64,000 nt of DNA from Macrostomum lignano (lineage: Eukaryota). The stretch covers positions 1 through 64,000 of the forward strand of contig NIVC01001799.1 in NCBI GenBank assembly GCA_002269645.1, given 5' to 3'. Numbering within the stretch: position 1 is the stretch's first letter; every line of letters starts with the position of its first letter. Shown here piece by piece: positions 1 through 11,090 of this stretch. The notes beneath the pieces were generated by a model. That model had not been told where the DNA came from. It saw only the letters and a list, made by a program, of their open reading frames with translations, and did not search any database. The position numbers were made by a program, and so were the translations under genes.

Positions 1-483
1 TATCAATAAAACCGGTTTGAAGCTCAAGGTCGAATGAAATCGTGTATAAATACGAGCGTACAAGCGAAAAGTCCGAGCTGAAACCTCAGACTCGGAGCAG
101 CCTTAATAAATCTTGGGCTTAGCCAAAGCTACCAAGCAAGGCTATATCTCTGAGAGGGACAAACACCAATTGGTAAGCCTTGTTAGAGTCTTTGTTATTT
201 GAGTCTTTGTTATTCGATTATTGAGAGCTGTCATTGCCGGCCGTTACTGATCAGTCGATTTATAGAGTTATTGAATTTGAGGCCTCCCTATTCCTAAGGG
301 ATTAGATAGGATCTGCGGACCGATTCCGATACTCTTAGTCGATTACTGATTGATTGATTTTGGTACCCTAGAGTAACCGATAGGAGCACACGACTCAGAT
401 TCCTTCTTTATTTCTAGAAGAAGATGCCCTTTCGGAGGACCTCGTTATTGTTATAGAGTTGACATTGTTATTAGGGCGCATCT

Positions 484-568
484 CTGCACTCGAGGAATAT
501 ATTGATTCTGCACTCGAGGAATATATCGATTTCTGCACTCGAGGAATATATTGATTTCTGCACTCGAG
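484..568. repeat. Short tandem repeat, 24-25 bp unit (CTGCACTCGAGGAATATATTGATT) x~3.5
   Basis: Unit starts seen at 484, 508, 533 and 558. Confidence 0.9.
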
Positions 569-829
569 TATAAACGTCGACGGACTAAGTTATTGAGCTC
601 TCATGTTCGGCCGATTCTAGAATTCAAGAAGACTACTCCGGAGGAGGAAGATTTGAAGAGTCGAGCTCGGAAAACCTGCCCGACAAAGAAGAGGAGCCCG
701 CACCAGTAAGTGAACACTGAACTTGTTCCCAGGCTTGAGGTCTGGAAGTGGGAGTTCGTGCGTTTAGACACTAGATTAAATTCTCTCTCTCTTCTCTTTC
801 TCTCTCTCTCCCTTTCCCTCTCTCTAGTG

Positions 830-1990
830 TGATAAAGCGAACTCTTCAGTAGAAATCTTTCGATCGTGGCACGAAAGGAAGAAGAATCAATAAGGTAAGG
901 CAGAACATGGACCGAGTTTGATGGTGTTGGCCGATCTATCCGTGATGAGCAAGCACGATCGCAACTACGTTCTTAAGTGATTTATCTTAGAGGTACGAAA
1001 TAAGCATGGTGATCGCTATGGCGCTTCTACATTGAATGATTTTTTCAGCATGCTGCAATACTATACTTAGTCAACGAATGCGGAAAGCTATGGAGCCTCT
1101 GGAAGGACGTCGAATTCAATGAGAGCCGACGTGTGCTGGATGCTTCGATGAAGATGAGTACCCGTGACGGAAAGGGTAGTGGATTGCGTCATGCAGGACC
1201 TGTACCATCTAGTATCGAAGAGAAGCTCTGGTCTGAAGGTGTGCTTGGTAGTGATAGTCCACGACAGCTGGTGAGTTCCGCGGTTTGGGGTGTGGGAAAA
1301 CATTTCGCACTACGCGGTGGTTCGGAGTTGCGAGACCTGGAGTACAATCGACAGATCCAGCTAGAAGCGATTGATGATGAGGTCTGTTTAGTCTATAGGG
1401 ACAACAGCGGATAGAAGACCAACCAGGGTGGTTTAGACCGCCTTCGACGGGAACAGAAGATCGTCAGAGCCTTCCACATTGAAGATGATTCTAAGTGCAT
1501 TGTCGGTCTCTACACCGACTACGTTTCGCACCGGCCGAGCGGGTGTTGCGAGGCTCTTTTCTTGTCATGCAACAGGCGGTGGAAGCCTGATGGTCGCTCG
1601 GAATGGTCTACAAGGATTCCGATTCGACGGCACACGTTGGCCTCAACTGTAAAGTCGCTTGTGACGAAGGTGGCTCCAAACGACAGCACACGCTACACTA
1701 ACTAGTCGTTGCACAAAACCTGTGCAACCGTTTTACGCGATGCTGGTGTACCGCGCGAGGATATTGGACGTATCACGGGCGCAGTTGCTCCGCTCTAGAG
1801 CGATACATTGACGCTTCAATGATGCAGCAGAAGCGCTTCAGCACCATTCTATCCGGTTCTGTCCAGGCGAAGGAAAGCAAATCAACTGATTACTGATCAG
1901 AGTCACTACGCGTGGCAACTGCTAGAACCTCTGCAGTGGTGATATCTGGAGACGTTCAGTTGCCTGGAGAGGTGCTAAGTACCTGCTAAG
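830..1990 (+). pseudogene. Degenerate Crypton-type tyrosine recombinase, relative of the 21.7-23.1 kb copy (family B), 5'-truncated
   Basis: Translation across stops gives GPSLMVLADL, DRYGASTLND, EEKLWSEGVLG, GKHFALRGGSELRDL, KTNQGGL and RYTN*SLHKTCAT..ITG. These are colinear with GPSLMVLAEL, ERYSAPTLKD, GKHFALRGGQELRDL, KTHQGGL and RYSNQSLRKSCAT in the 21729-23130 copy. Confidence 0.9.
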
Positions 1991-3989
1991 AAAACCTGCT
2001 AAGTTTTTCTGCTAAGTTTTTCTAAGTTTTTCTGCTTTTTCTGCTAGAAAACCTGCTAAGTACAACAACACGACGGTGCTATGTCTGTGACGAAGGTCTT
2101 TGCAGATCGCACACGGCACGCGAAGTGCATGACACCCGTTATTTTTGCTCCGACTGCTCGTAAGTGTACCGTTATAATCTGTAAACTTTTAGTGTCACTT
2201 TCTCTTACTCACTCAGACTTTTACACCAAAAGATGTACCCAGTTTTGTCCAAATTAACATTCCCAAGAAAAAAATCGGTTTAGCTGAATCGAAATGCAGA
2301 ATCGATATGGAAATTAAAAGAGGATCATAACAGTGGAAATTATGCTGAGAAAGTAGCGGATAAAAAGCAGAAATAATAGTAATCATGTTTTACTGGAAAG
2401 CTTTATGCTTAAAACTGCCGACATAAATTTGCAGTAGAAATTCGAAATGCTCTTATAACGGTTATGGTCTAATTTCGGACTGAAATTTTGATTGTTGTCA
2501 CAGTGGAAACAATTCTTTTACTGTGAAACTTGCACATTTAATGACAGGCACAAAGGCAGGTTTATGAGTTTCGGTGGGACAAGACATGGCAGTGAATGAA
2601 AAAAGTGGAGGCCTTGCTGTGTACACTTTTGGTTCATGCGTCGATTGCATGCTGTTTATTGTAGATCATTGCAGACTGTTTATAGTGAGTGAGTATAGTG
2701 AGTGCGACAGGGAGTCTCACGTTGCTCATTGGTGAGGCTTGATCAAGAATTTCTAGCCAAAGTATATGCTAGACTGCCAGAAGTCCGATGGACACATCCG
2801 TTGAAGGTCCCGACGTTCGTCCAGACGGTCGGGATGGTGCAGGAAGTAGGTTGAATGCAAGAAGGAGTCGTAGGTTGCTCATTGACAAGATTTCATAATA
2901 AATATTGACCGAAATTTGTTTCGGATCTCGAATTCCAATGATGTCAGAATGTGCTCGTTGAATGTCCTGACGATGGTCGACGGTGGCCACGGGCATTGTT
3001 GTAGCGCACTACAAGTGTTCTGGGTTACCTCACCAATGGCTGAAATGAGGTTTGGGATCATTTTGGGCACCTTTCTGCCTGGTGTCAAGACCTAGCCACT
3101 GAATTCGACGGTTTGCCTTCAAAAACAGGGGGACCTCCTTGAGAATCGCTGAATATCTCGACGATCTCGACGTCGGAGAGAGTCGGCGATGGCTTCATCA
3201 GATTCCTCGATAAATTTTTGCCCATACTGTGAATTTTCAGACGAATCCATCGTCGGGTTCAAGAGTTATGGCGTGGATAACTTTTGGGTATTTGAAATAC
3301 CCCCCCCATCGGCATCCACCTGTTAAAGGCTTTCTGGTTCATGCTCCCTAATCACTGCCGAGTTTCTAAATGGTCTTCCTGTCTGGTACAAGTATATCAC
3401 GTTCCCATTTGGCCATTTTATAGTTTGAAATTTTACATTTTACACCATTTGATATAGGTGCAAACCATCGAAAATAAACATGCAAGAGTGCGTTCATTTT
3501 GTGTCGCTTGAGTTCAATATAGTGAGTTAGTTTTGTCTTTCTTAGCATACTTGATATGAGCCGGTTCTTTCCAGGTTTCCATAACTATTGATGGTTAGAC
3601 GTCAAATAAACACAATGCTTCATCAGTTTCCTCTGCACTACTTCAGCGCATTCACCGAAAAAGTAGTGTGCACGCGCATGCATTTCGGAGTCATAGACAG
3701 ACTTATTGAGCATTCTGTGTAATTTCTGTGGTTACAATCGTATCGCTATGATCCATAAGCCAATCAATTCGAAAGTTTAATTAGTAATCATATCTTATTT
3801 GAAACGAAAGTTAAATGTCTAAGGCAAGTTACATGCTGTGTACACGAGTTGAGAACGGGCAGTCAATGAAGGGCAGCCTTCTCGGCGCGTTCGTCAACTT
3901 TACCGCTTTGTTTTATCAACTTAGCGCGATCGCAATTTCGTTCGTATCTTTAGTTGTAGCAACCGCTACACTCTACCTATACTGCACAT

Positions 3990-5260
3990 CCCATGTCTGG
4001 ACCTATCAGTAGACACTACTAATGACTTCAATTCCTGGAGAGCAACCCTGGAAGCATATATTTCGGCGCTGTCAACATCCACTGCGAAGCGTCAAATGTT
4101 TTTAAATGCATTCACATCTGCAACATTCTCCGAATATCTCAAGGTACGAGTATAAGAACCTGCCACTGACTGAAATTAGAATTCAAGGACCCACAGCATG
4201 TCATAGAAGCTATTAGAGAGTACATGCCAGGACAGACTGACATCATTTTGGAAAGGAACAGATTCTGGAGAAGCAGCTAAGCGACGGATAAAGTTTGAAT
4301 GAATACGTTATGCAGCGGAGAGACTTGATGCGGTCGTGTAAATTTTGCGAATCGTTCTAATCGTCGCAGTGGCTATAGCTTTAAAAAACAGCCGAGACTC
4401 TCTACCTTGGTTATTACGTTGGAATTGTAGCATATGTTGTATTTGTGCTTGTGTTTTATGGCTTTTTTTCTACGAGCGTACTGTATTGATTTGGCAGCGG
4501 CTAAAGACAGGTGCGGCAAAGAGGAAAAAATAAAGCATATCGTAAATATCGGCAAGCAAGAGAGCCGAGACTTTCAGATCTATTTTCTCTGGAACCTACA
4601 ACCCCAAATATAACAGTTTTAGGAAACAATGAGCAGCTGAAAATGATGCCCGATACGGGTTATTCCGAATATCGACACAATCCGAGAGTACAGTTGCAGG
4701 AGCTGCACGTCACTGTTTCACAATTGAGGCATGACACAACTGTGCCGCAATCAGCCTATGGACGGTTCATCAGAACAAACAGTAACTTCCCCGCTACAAT
4801 AGCCCTAAACGGGAAGCGCGCAACAACAAGGATTCACGTACTAAAGAACTTGATTGCACCTGACAGATATGGAAAAATTGGGTATTGTTCCCTATGACTT
4901 TTTATTTCAGCTTTCGACGAATGGTGCCGAAGAAAAGTCACGGAACTGGATTTAATCCAAGAGTTCCCAATGGTCTTCGACGAAGAAATCCGACCCATAA
5001 ATATTGAGAGATTTCAGATTGCGATAAAGGACGATGGGATCCCATTTTCTGTGAAAGTTTCACGCTGATTACCACTGCCCCTCCAAGAAAAAATCAAGAT
5101 CGAGCTAGATTCTTTAGAAAGGCAGCAAGAAATTTGCAGTGACGGAGCCCCGACTACTCCCAGGTGCGCCTCGATCGTTGTAGCTCCAAAGAAAGGAGAT
5201 GAAAAGAAGTTTTCCAAATTTTCTGGATTCCTGGGTGGATTTCAAGAAGCCACTTGTCAG
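3990..5260 (+). mobile_element. Degenerate Ty3/Gypsy LTR retrotransposon fragment (gag, protease, start of RT)
   Basis: Gag-like IILERNRFW...EYV...LMRSCKF at ~4240-4350. Aspartic protease motif LKMMPDTG in ORF 4511-4897. RT N-terminal motif LPLPLQEKIKIELDSLE...SIVVAPKK at ~5060-5200. Many stops and frameshifts; no LTRs found. Confidence 0.75.
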
Positions 5261-5533
5261 ACAAATTAAAAGTTACAAGTGATAAGTGACAGCGATCTCA
5301 GTTTCATGAGAATTTAGCAACCACTTGTCAAGTTTAAAAATAGGACCCTATAGTTGCGCAGTCCAAGGGTCAACCTAGGTCTTACAATCATTCTTCCAAG
5401 GCCATAAACTTTGGCTTTGAACCATAGAATTTTTAACTGTGAGCTTTTGCTTATAAATAATTTGTGTCTAAATGATACGAGCTAAGTGGTATTTTATTTG
5501 GTTTCTTTCATTCTGTATCTCTTTAAGCCTAAA

Positions 5534-5750
5534 ATGAAAGATACTTGTGAGGACAAACTATTTCTTCTAGAAAAAAATGAAGAAAACAGGAATATCCTTT
5601 TTGGAAAATTTAGTCCTTCACTGAGTGACAAAATGAAACAGGATTAATGGAATGAGATTCTGAGCGCTTGCCTGTCAATGGGCTACCGGTTGGTACCCGA
5701 AGGCTTGTCTGGGCTGCCAACTTAAAGAGAAGAACACTGGTAAGTGTGTA
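5534..5750 (+). pseudogene. Myb/SANT-like DNA-binding domain remnant (type often found as the Harbinger second ORF)
   Basis: Translation MKDTCEDKLFLLEKNEENRNILFGKFSPSLSDKMKQD*WNEI resembles the ILFGKF...K...W.EI pattern. Recognised from memory only; no partner transposase seen. Confidence 0.45.
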
Positions 5751-5959
5751 GAGAGAGAAGCTGTATATTTCATGTCAAATCAGAATTTAACAAACAAATG
5801 AGCAACATATGTGAGTAATTATGTTTACTTTTGAAATTAAAAAACTTCAACAAAAAAATCCTTTCTAGGTTACAGAGAGATAAGGAAAACTCTCTTATCT
5901 CTCTGTTTGTCAATATATTTTGATTCAGCAAAAGCTTCGGATGCTTCGCGTGCAAGTTA

Positions 5960-6410
5960 CGACGTAGAAAGTTTCACAAAGAAGGTGGCGACGTCCAGCA
6001 GCAATACGAGCCGAATGAAGAGGGCGACATGCTGAAACTGTCTGCCTACTTCCAAGGCGGAACCGCGAACGCTGAACAGGATTGATTTCTGTTCTATCTT
6101 CTCTTCAGTCTCGGTGAGCGCGGGCAGGGACATTTGAAATATCTGAAGAAACGCGAAATTCTCCAGCTTCACATTGATGCTAATGGTAAAGAACTACTTG
6201 TTGCCGAAGCTTTCATCAAAGAACAAACCGGTTGATCCAGTGATGGCGAAATCACGTGGCGACAACAAGCAGGCCATGAGACCGCCAACGTACGAAGGTA
6301 TCTGGATCTACTGCCTCAACGAACTAAGGACAATCATCTTTTTTTGGCTACTAGCGACGGAAACGTTACGTTCTCCGTGAAACAAAACCACGGTGATAAC
6401 TACCTAAGTT
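5960..6410 (+). pseudogene. Degenerate Crypton YR fragment related to family A (19.1/28.1 kb copies)
   Basis: KEGGDVQQQYEPNEEGDMLKLSAYF...LFSLGERG...GDNKQAM aligns with KSGGRVQHYEAIESDDLVKLASYF...YFGNRG...DDNKQAL. Confidence 0.8.
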
Positions 6411-6452
6411 TAGTAAAAAACTAAGTTTAGTTTTCACGGGAACGATTTAGTA

Positions 6453-7756
6453 CGAGGGAAAGTAAAAAAGTAATGATAATTTTGTTCTCACGAGTGTCAA
6501 ACTTAAAATTAGAATCTACTTTTCTACATAGTCCCCTTCAAGGGTCAGACACTTCTCCATGCGGTGTCGCCATCTCTCCAGGCCGTTCGCGTAGAACTCA
6601 GGAGGCTGTGCAGCAAGCCACTGTACAGTAGCCTTTTTGGCAGCCTCTTTGTCCTCATGTTGGACTCCTTTGATTGCTTCCTTCAGCTTGGGAACCAAAA
6701 AAGTCTTGGGAGACAAATCAGGGCTATATGGAGGATGCCGGAGGATTTCCCAGTGGAAATCTCGCAGGGCTTCACGCAGAGCCGAGAAGTGTGGGCTGGT
6801 GCATTGTCGTGGTGAAAGCGAATTCCACGGTGCAGCTTTCCGGGTCGCTTTTTGGCCAATTCGGAGTGGAACCTTTGCAGAAGCGACTCATATTAGGTTG
6901 CATTGATGGTCTTCTGGCTTTCCAAGAAGTCCACCATCACCACTCCCTCAACATCCAGAAGATGGTCGCCAAGACCTTCGCTGCAGACCCTTCCGCACGG
7001 AACTTCTTAGGGCCCGCTGAACATCGTGGCAGCCACTCCTTGGATTGGACCTTGGACACGGGATTGTACTGAAATATTCATGTTTCATCCTCAGTCACTA
7101 AGCGCTGGTAAAAGTTTTCTGAATCAGCGTCCAAGCAGTTCAGCAGGTTGATGGCGCACTCAGTGCGCTGAACCCAGTCTTCAGGCCGCAACAGCCGCGG
7201 GACCCAGCGGGCACTCAGCTTGCTCAGACCAAGACAGTCAATCACAATGGGAGCATCGCCATGAGAGATGGCCACTTGGTCAGCAATATTGTCTATGGTC
7301 ACGCACCGATCCTGCTCAAGTACCTGCTGCACAGCTGCCACATTTTCCTCTGTGCGCGATGTTGTGGGCCTTCCCGACCACTGGGCGTCTTCCATGGCCT
7401 CTCAGCCTTCCTTAAAAGCCTAAATCCAGCAGTAAATGGTTGGATCTGGTGGAGCAGTGTCCATATAGACCTTCTATGCGTCAATGATTTCGGCTGGCTT
7501 CCAACCAAGTTTTACAGAAAATTTCAACTTAGTGCGAGCTTCGATTTTTTAATTTTCCGTTGCTGAAAGGGTATACTGTATTAGAGCGGAAGGGTATTAG
7601 AGCGTCACCATGCAGAAATCAATCACTCTAGAAGAACCAAAACTCTGTCAAATTAAGAACAAAAGATGCTTTTTTAAACGAAACCAGTTGCATTTCAATA
7701 CCTCCTATATTTTAGGCGTTACAACAAAATTATCATTACTTTTTGACTTCCCCTCG
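6453..7756 (-). mobile_element. Full-length but inactivated mariner (Tc1/mariner) DNA transposon, 1304 bp
   Basis: TIRs CGAGGGAAAGTAAAAAAGTAATGATAATTTTGTT and its near-perfect reverse complement. TA at 6451-6452 and 7757-7758. Minus-strand transposase motifs WVPRLL, HHDNA and YSPDL, broken by stops and frameshifts. Confidence 0.95.
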
Positions 7757-8399
7757 TAAATGAGACTCTGAGAGACGCTTTGATTACATTTTTTTGTCAA
7801 ATATTTTTAAACGTATGTTAAAATGTTGTAAAAATACACATAATGACGGGTCATTATCTGAGTGTCATTATCTGGAAGTAATTTACCATAGACGTTTCGG
7901 ACAATGGTCTTCGGCTCTATGCCAAATTCCCCATATTGATACTGCGCTATTACTTATCCATAGCGCATATCTTTAGTTGTTGGTGTTTGCTGTTATGTTC
8001 TAAAATTCATCCGTTATCCCGAGTTCAAAACCTCTATCCCGAAGTTTAAGTGAAGAAATAAATTGAATGTGTTTATGGTTTAACCATAGAAAATACGATT
8101 ACCCGTCCATTATCCCAACGACTGAAGGGCCACTTCGTGATAATAAAAGGTTGTTCGTAAGTTAGACTTTTTGATAATCGCCCGACTCACAAGTTCTCGC
8201 AGAAAATAAAAATTAAAATAAATGAATATCCACATTTTCTAATTTCAGTGTATAGCTATGCACATAAAATATAAGAGTACAGCACACAGCCCAGCACAAA
8301 ATTGAAACAGGCAGGGTGTTGAGTATGTTAAGAGAAAAGAAGAGAGGAAATATTGACTACATACGAGCGTATGCTATATAGCTTGATATGAAGTACGAG

Positions 8400-8760
8400 A
8401 AATATTTTTCGATCAAGTAGGGCAAATCTGCCTGTCTCAAAAGCTTAGCCAACGTAACTAGCAGCAAACTCCATCGGATCTCGCGACTCTGTACATCCGA
8501 GAAGGGCAAGAATACACCGATCACAGCATCTGGTGAGTTTAGTGGGTGGATGAAATTATATTTCACTTTCCCGATGTGTTTTTATGATTGAAAATAATTT
8601 GAATTTCCCTGATCTTGTTTCCTGTTCCGTGCCATAGTTAGCAGAGTGCGCGACCGGAATCGGAAGGGCATTCAATGAGCGAGATCTTGGCTATTGTGGG
8701 TCAACAGTCCGAGAGCACCGTCTGGCGCTACCTGGCGATTAAATGGGACAGTCCTTGCAA
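8400..8760 (+). pseudogene. Crypton YR C-terminal fragment with a probable intron after the HxxR motif
   Basis: EYTDHSI followed by GTGAGT at ~8533, then GHSMSEILAIVGQQSESTVWRYL. This is similar to GQTIQEILLITGRRCERTVKCYL at 17.43 kb. Confidence 0.6.
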
Positions 8761-9148
8761 AAATTCCAAGAACTTAGAATGAGCAAGGCGTGAGCGATGG
8801 AGCAAGGACTCCAAGCTCAATCGTGCAAAAAGCGGTGAATGTGTCTGACGGTCTGCAGATGAACGGCCGGGTATTTTCATAATGATCAATAGTATTTTTT
8901 TAACAATTTCCAACTGAAATGGGTACTGTGACAATTGTGTCGTACTTATGGAGACTAATTCTCCCCATTAATATTAATTGATATATGCTTTCTAATTCGG
9001 GTTTGTTCTTTCTGTTCTAAAAATAACCCACCGTTCTCTCGAGGTCAACACCATTGACGAGGTCAACACATCCAAAGGTTTCAAATGAAGGGTGTGGATC
9101 AGGCTTGACCATAGACACTTCCATTATCCTAAAGACTGATTTTTTGAC

Positions 9149-9400
9149 AATGGGTGGAGGCGCGAGTGTGCTAGGGGAAGCAACACCTAGATTACGAGTG
9201 CGCGTAGTGTCCATCCATGGCGTTGCTCCACCTAGAAACCCTCGCGCCTCCACCCATTATCCTGAACTGGGACCTTAGAATAGCTTTACTGTCGCTCGGA
9301 AGATACCATAGACAAAATCTTAGACTGATCTCCAGAGAACAAAAAGGGATGTTGAGGTCAAGCAAGCCAGAATATAGATAAAATTCTTGATTTTGTAATG
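9149..9400 (+). mobile_element. Candidate non-autonomous AATG-bounded mini-element
   Basis: AATGGGTGGAGGCGCGAG (9149) is inverted as CTCGCGCCTCCACCCATT (9241-9258). A tail containing CCATAGAC (9306) follows, then AATG at 9397-9400. The right end is tentative. Confidence 0.45.
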
Positions 9401-9545
9401 TGTTTGAATTTGATTTGACAACCACAGTTATTTGTAATAAAGGCAGAACGCATGCCACTGAGGAGTTCCTCACGCTTATTTTCTTGCTCACACCAACCCA
9501 CGGTCTTACAATGTTTTCACGAGTGGCGAAGCCATGAATTCATAT

Positions 9546-9630
<85 letters not shown>

Positions 9631-9666
9631 ATCTTTCTCTCTCTCTCTCTCGCTCTCTCTCTCTCT
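9546..9666. repeat. (CT)n microsatellite
   Basis: About 120 bp of CT dinucleotide with few interruptions. Confidence 0.99.
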
Positions 9667-9799
9667 TGCTGGGTGATAAGCTATGCCATAGACTACAACT
9701 CTACGAAGTCAGAATAAGTCGAGAAGGAGAGGAAGAAAACGAAGGCTAGCTCAGTATTTTCTTCGATTTAAACTTTCACTGAGCCTTGATCAAGTACGA

Positions 9800-11090
9800 C
9801 GGAATAGTGGAGGGGAGATTGTATGCTTGTCGACTGATGAATTGCAATTCGTCACTGGTCAGTCGGTCAACCGCTCCGGAGACATTGCGATCTCTTTAAT
9901 TTACCGAACTCGTGACTCTTGACGCAAGCTTCGTCGAGCTTGACTTACTTGACTTAGCTGCAGGGGGCGTCCGGTGGATGCAGCGAGGAGGCGGAGGAGA
10001 CCGCCCATTTCGCTAGCCCCTGGCGACCAATGACTTCCATCGAAGTGATGTCGCTCAGGGGACCCGTCGGTCTCGCCTGCAGCGCAGTACTCCTCACCGG
10101 CGGTGGGGAAGAAGTCAGCTCGTCCCGTGTCCCTGATGTACCGGGCGAGCAGCGGGATGCTCTCGGGCCTGCAAAGGTCGGAGAGAACCGGGTTTGGCCC
10201 GAGGTGAGTGAGCCTGGCCCTGGTGAAAACCGGGCTGTGGCAGATAAAGTGCTCGGAGTTTTCACTGCCTGAGCGGCAGAAGGGGCACCGCTCCTCGGGT
10301 ACCTGGCCCTGAAGGAAGCGGTGGCGAGAGAAGCAGCCATGCCCGGAGAGGGCCATACTGACAGCTCTGAGGTCTCTGCGGTTGACCCTGAGGAGGGCTC
10401 TACGCAGGAGAGGGGCAGGGGACGGCAGCACGGGATTGCCTGCAATTCCGGGTGTCGTACCACCTGCGGAGCTTCGTCTAGCAGTTTATACAGGGATTGT
10501 CAGAGTATCCGGAGTTAAGCGAGAGCGACGTACAGGAGATTCCGAAATTTGTGAAGGATTGCGCTGTGCGATCTATCGCGAAGCAGACCTAGATCTACTC
10601 TGAGAGAGTGAAGGCCTTTCTATCTGAGCGAGGGTTGTCAAGTGACCTCGAGATTATGCCGCCAAGATACGTGTCACTATCTCCGTTGTTTCTCTCTACC
10701 GTCAAGAAGCCCGATGGCACTGCCTACAATTGTAGCACACTTGTGTGCATAAACAGGCTGAAATGCATCGTTTCCTACTGGAAAATTGAGGCATGCCGCT
10801 CATTGGAAATCCGGATTTTGTTGAGCTGGAGAAGACCTTCAAGGCCGCCGCAGACAGTAACCGAGGTCTGTTGTTGACGGTGAGGTCTGATTTCCGGCAA
10901 TAAACAGTGAGGAAATGTCTAAACTGCACGCATACTTCACCATAGCAGATACGAAGAGGCTCCAGTATGAGGTGCTTTTTCTCATTGTGTTCCATTTCGG
11001 CTTTAGAGGTCAGCAAGGTGTAGCGCTCGTGTCTATGGCCATTAACTGAAATCTCAATTCCAGAAAACAACCCATTGTTTGGTGACTAAA
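9800..11090 (+). pseudogene. Degenerate Crypton YR (family D), N-terminal half, interrupted by a LINE fragment
   Basis: VKAFLSERGLSSDL, VKKPDGTAYNCSTLVCI and KRLQYEVLFLIVFHFGFRG (first catalytic Arg) are colinear with the other YR copies. Confidence 0.8.
9940..10469 (-). mobile_element. 5'-truncated non-LTR retrotransposon (R1/I/Ingi-like C-terminal CCHC region), ~530 bp
   Basis: LSGHGCFSRH...CPFC...ENSEHFIC motif. 3' tail (TAAGTCAAG)2 on the minus strand. Flanking 13-bp direct repeat AGCTTCGTC(G/T)AGC at 9927-9939 and 10470-10482. Confidence 0.85.

Noticed and set aside
1-826. Possible LTR plus leader (TATA at ~44, AATAAA at ~105, CA then TTGG at ~167-173) truncating the first Crypton
   Set aside because: No second LTR, no convincing tRNA primer-binding match and no gag/pol motif. 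It may be a TE but cannot be classified.
2760-3600. Minus-strand degenerate reading frame possibly from a TE
   Set aside because: No recognisable motif could be supported.
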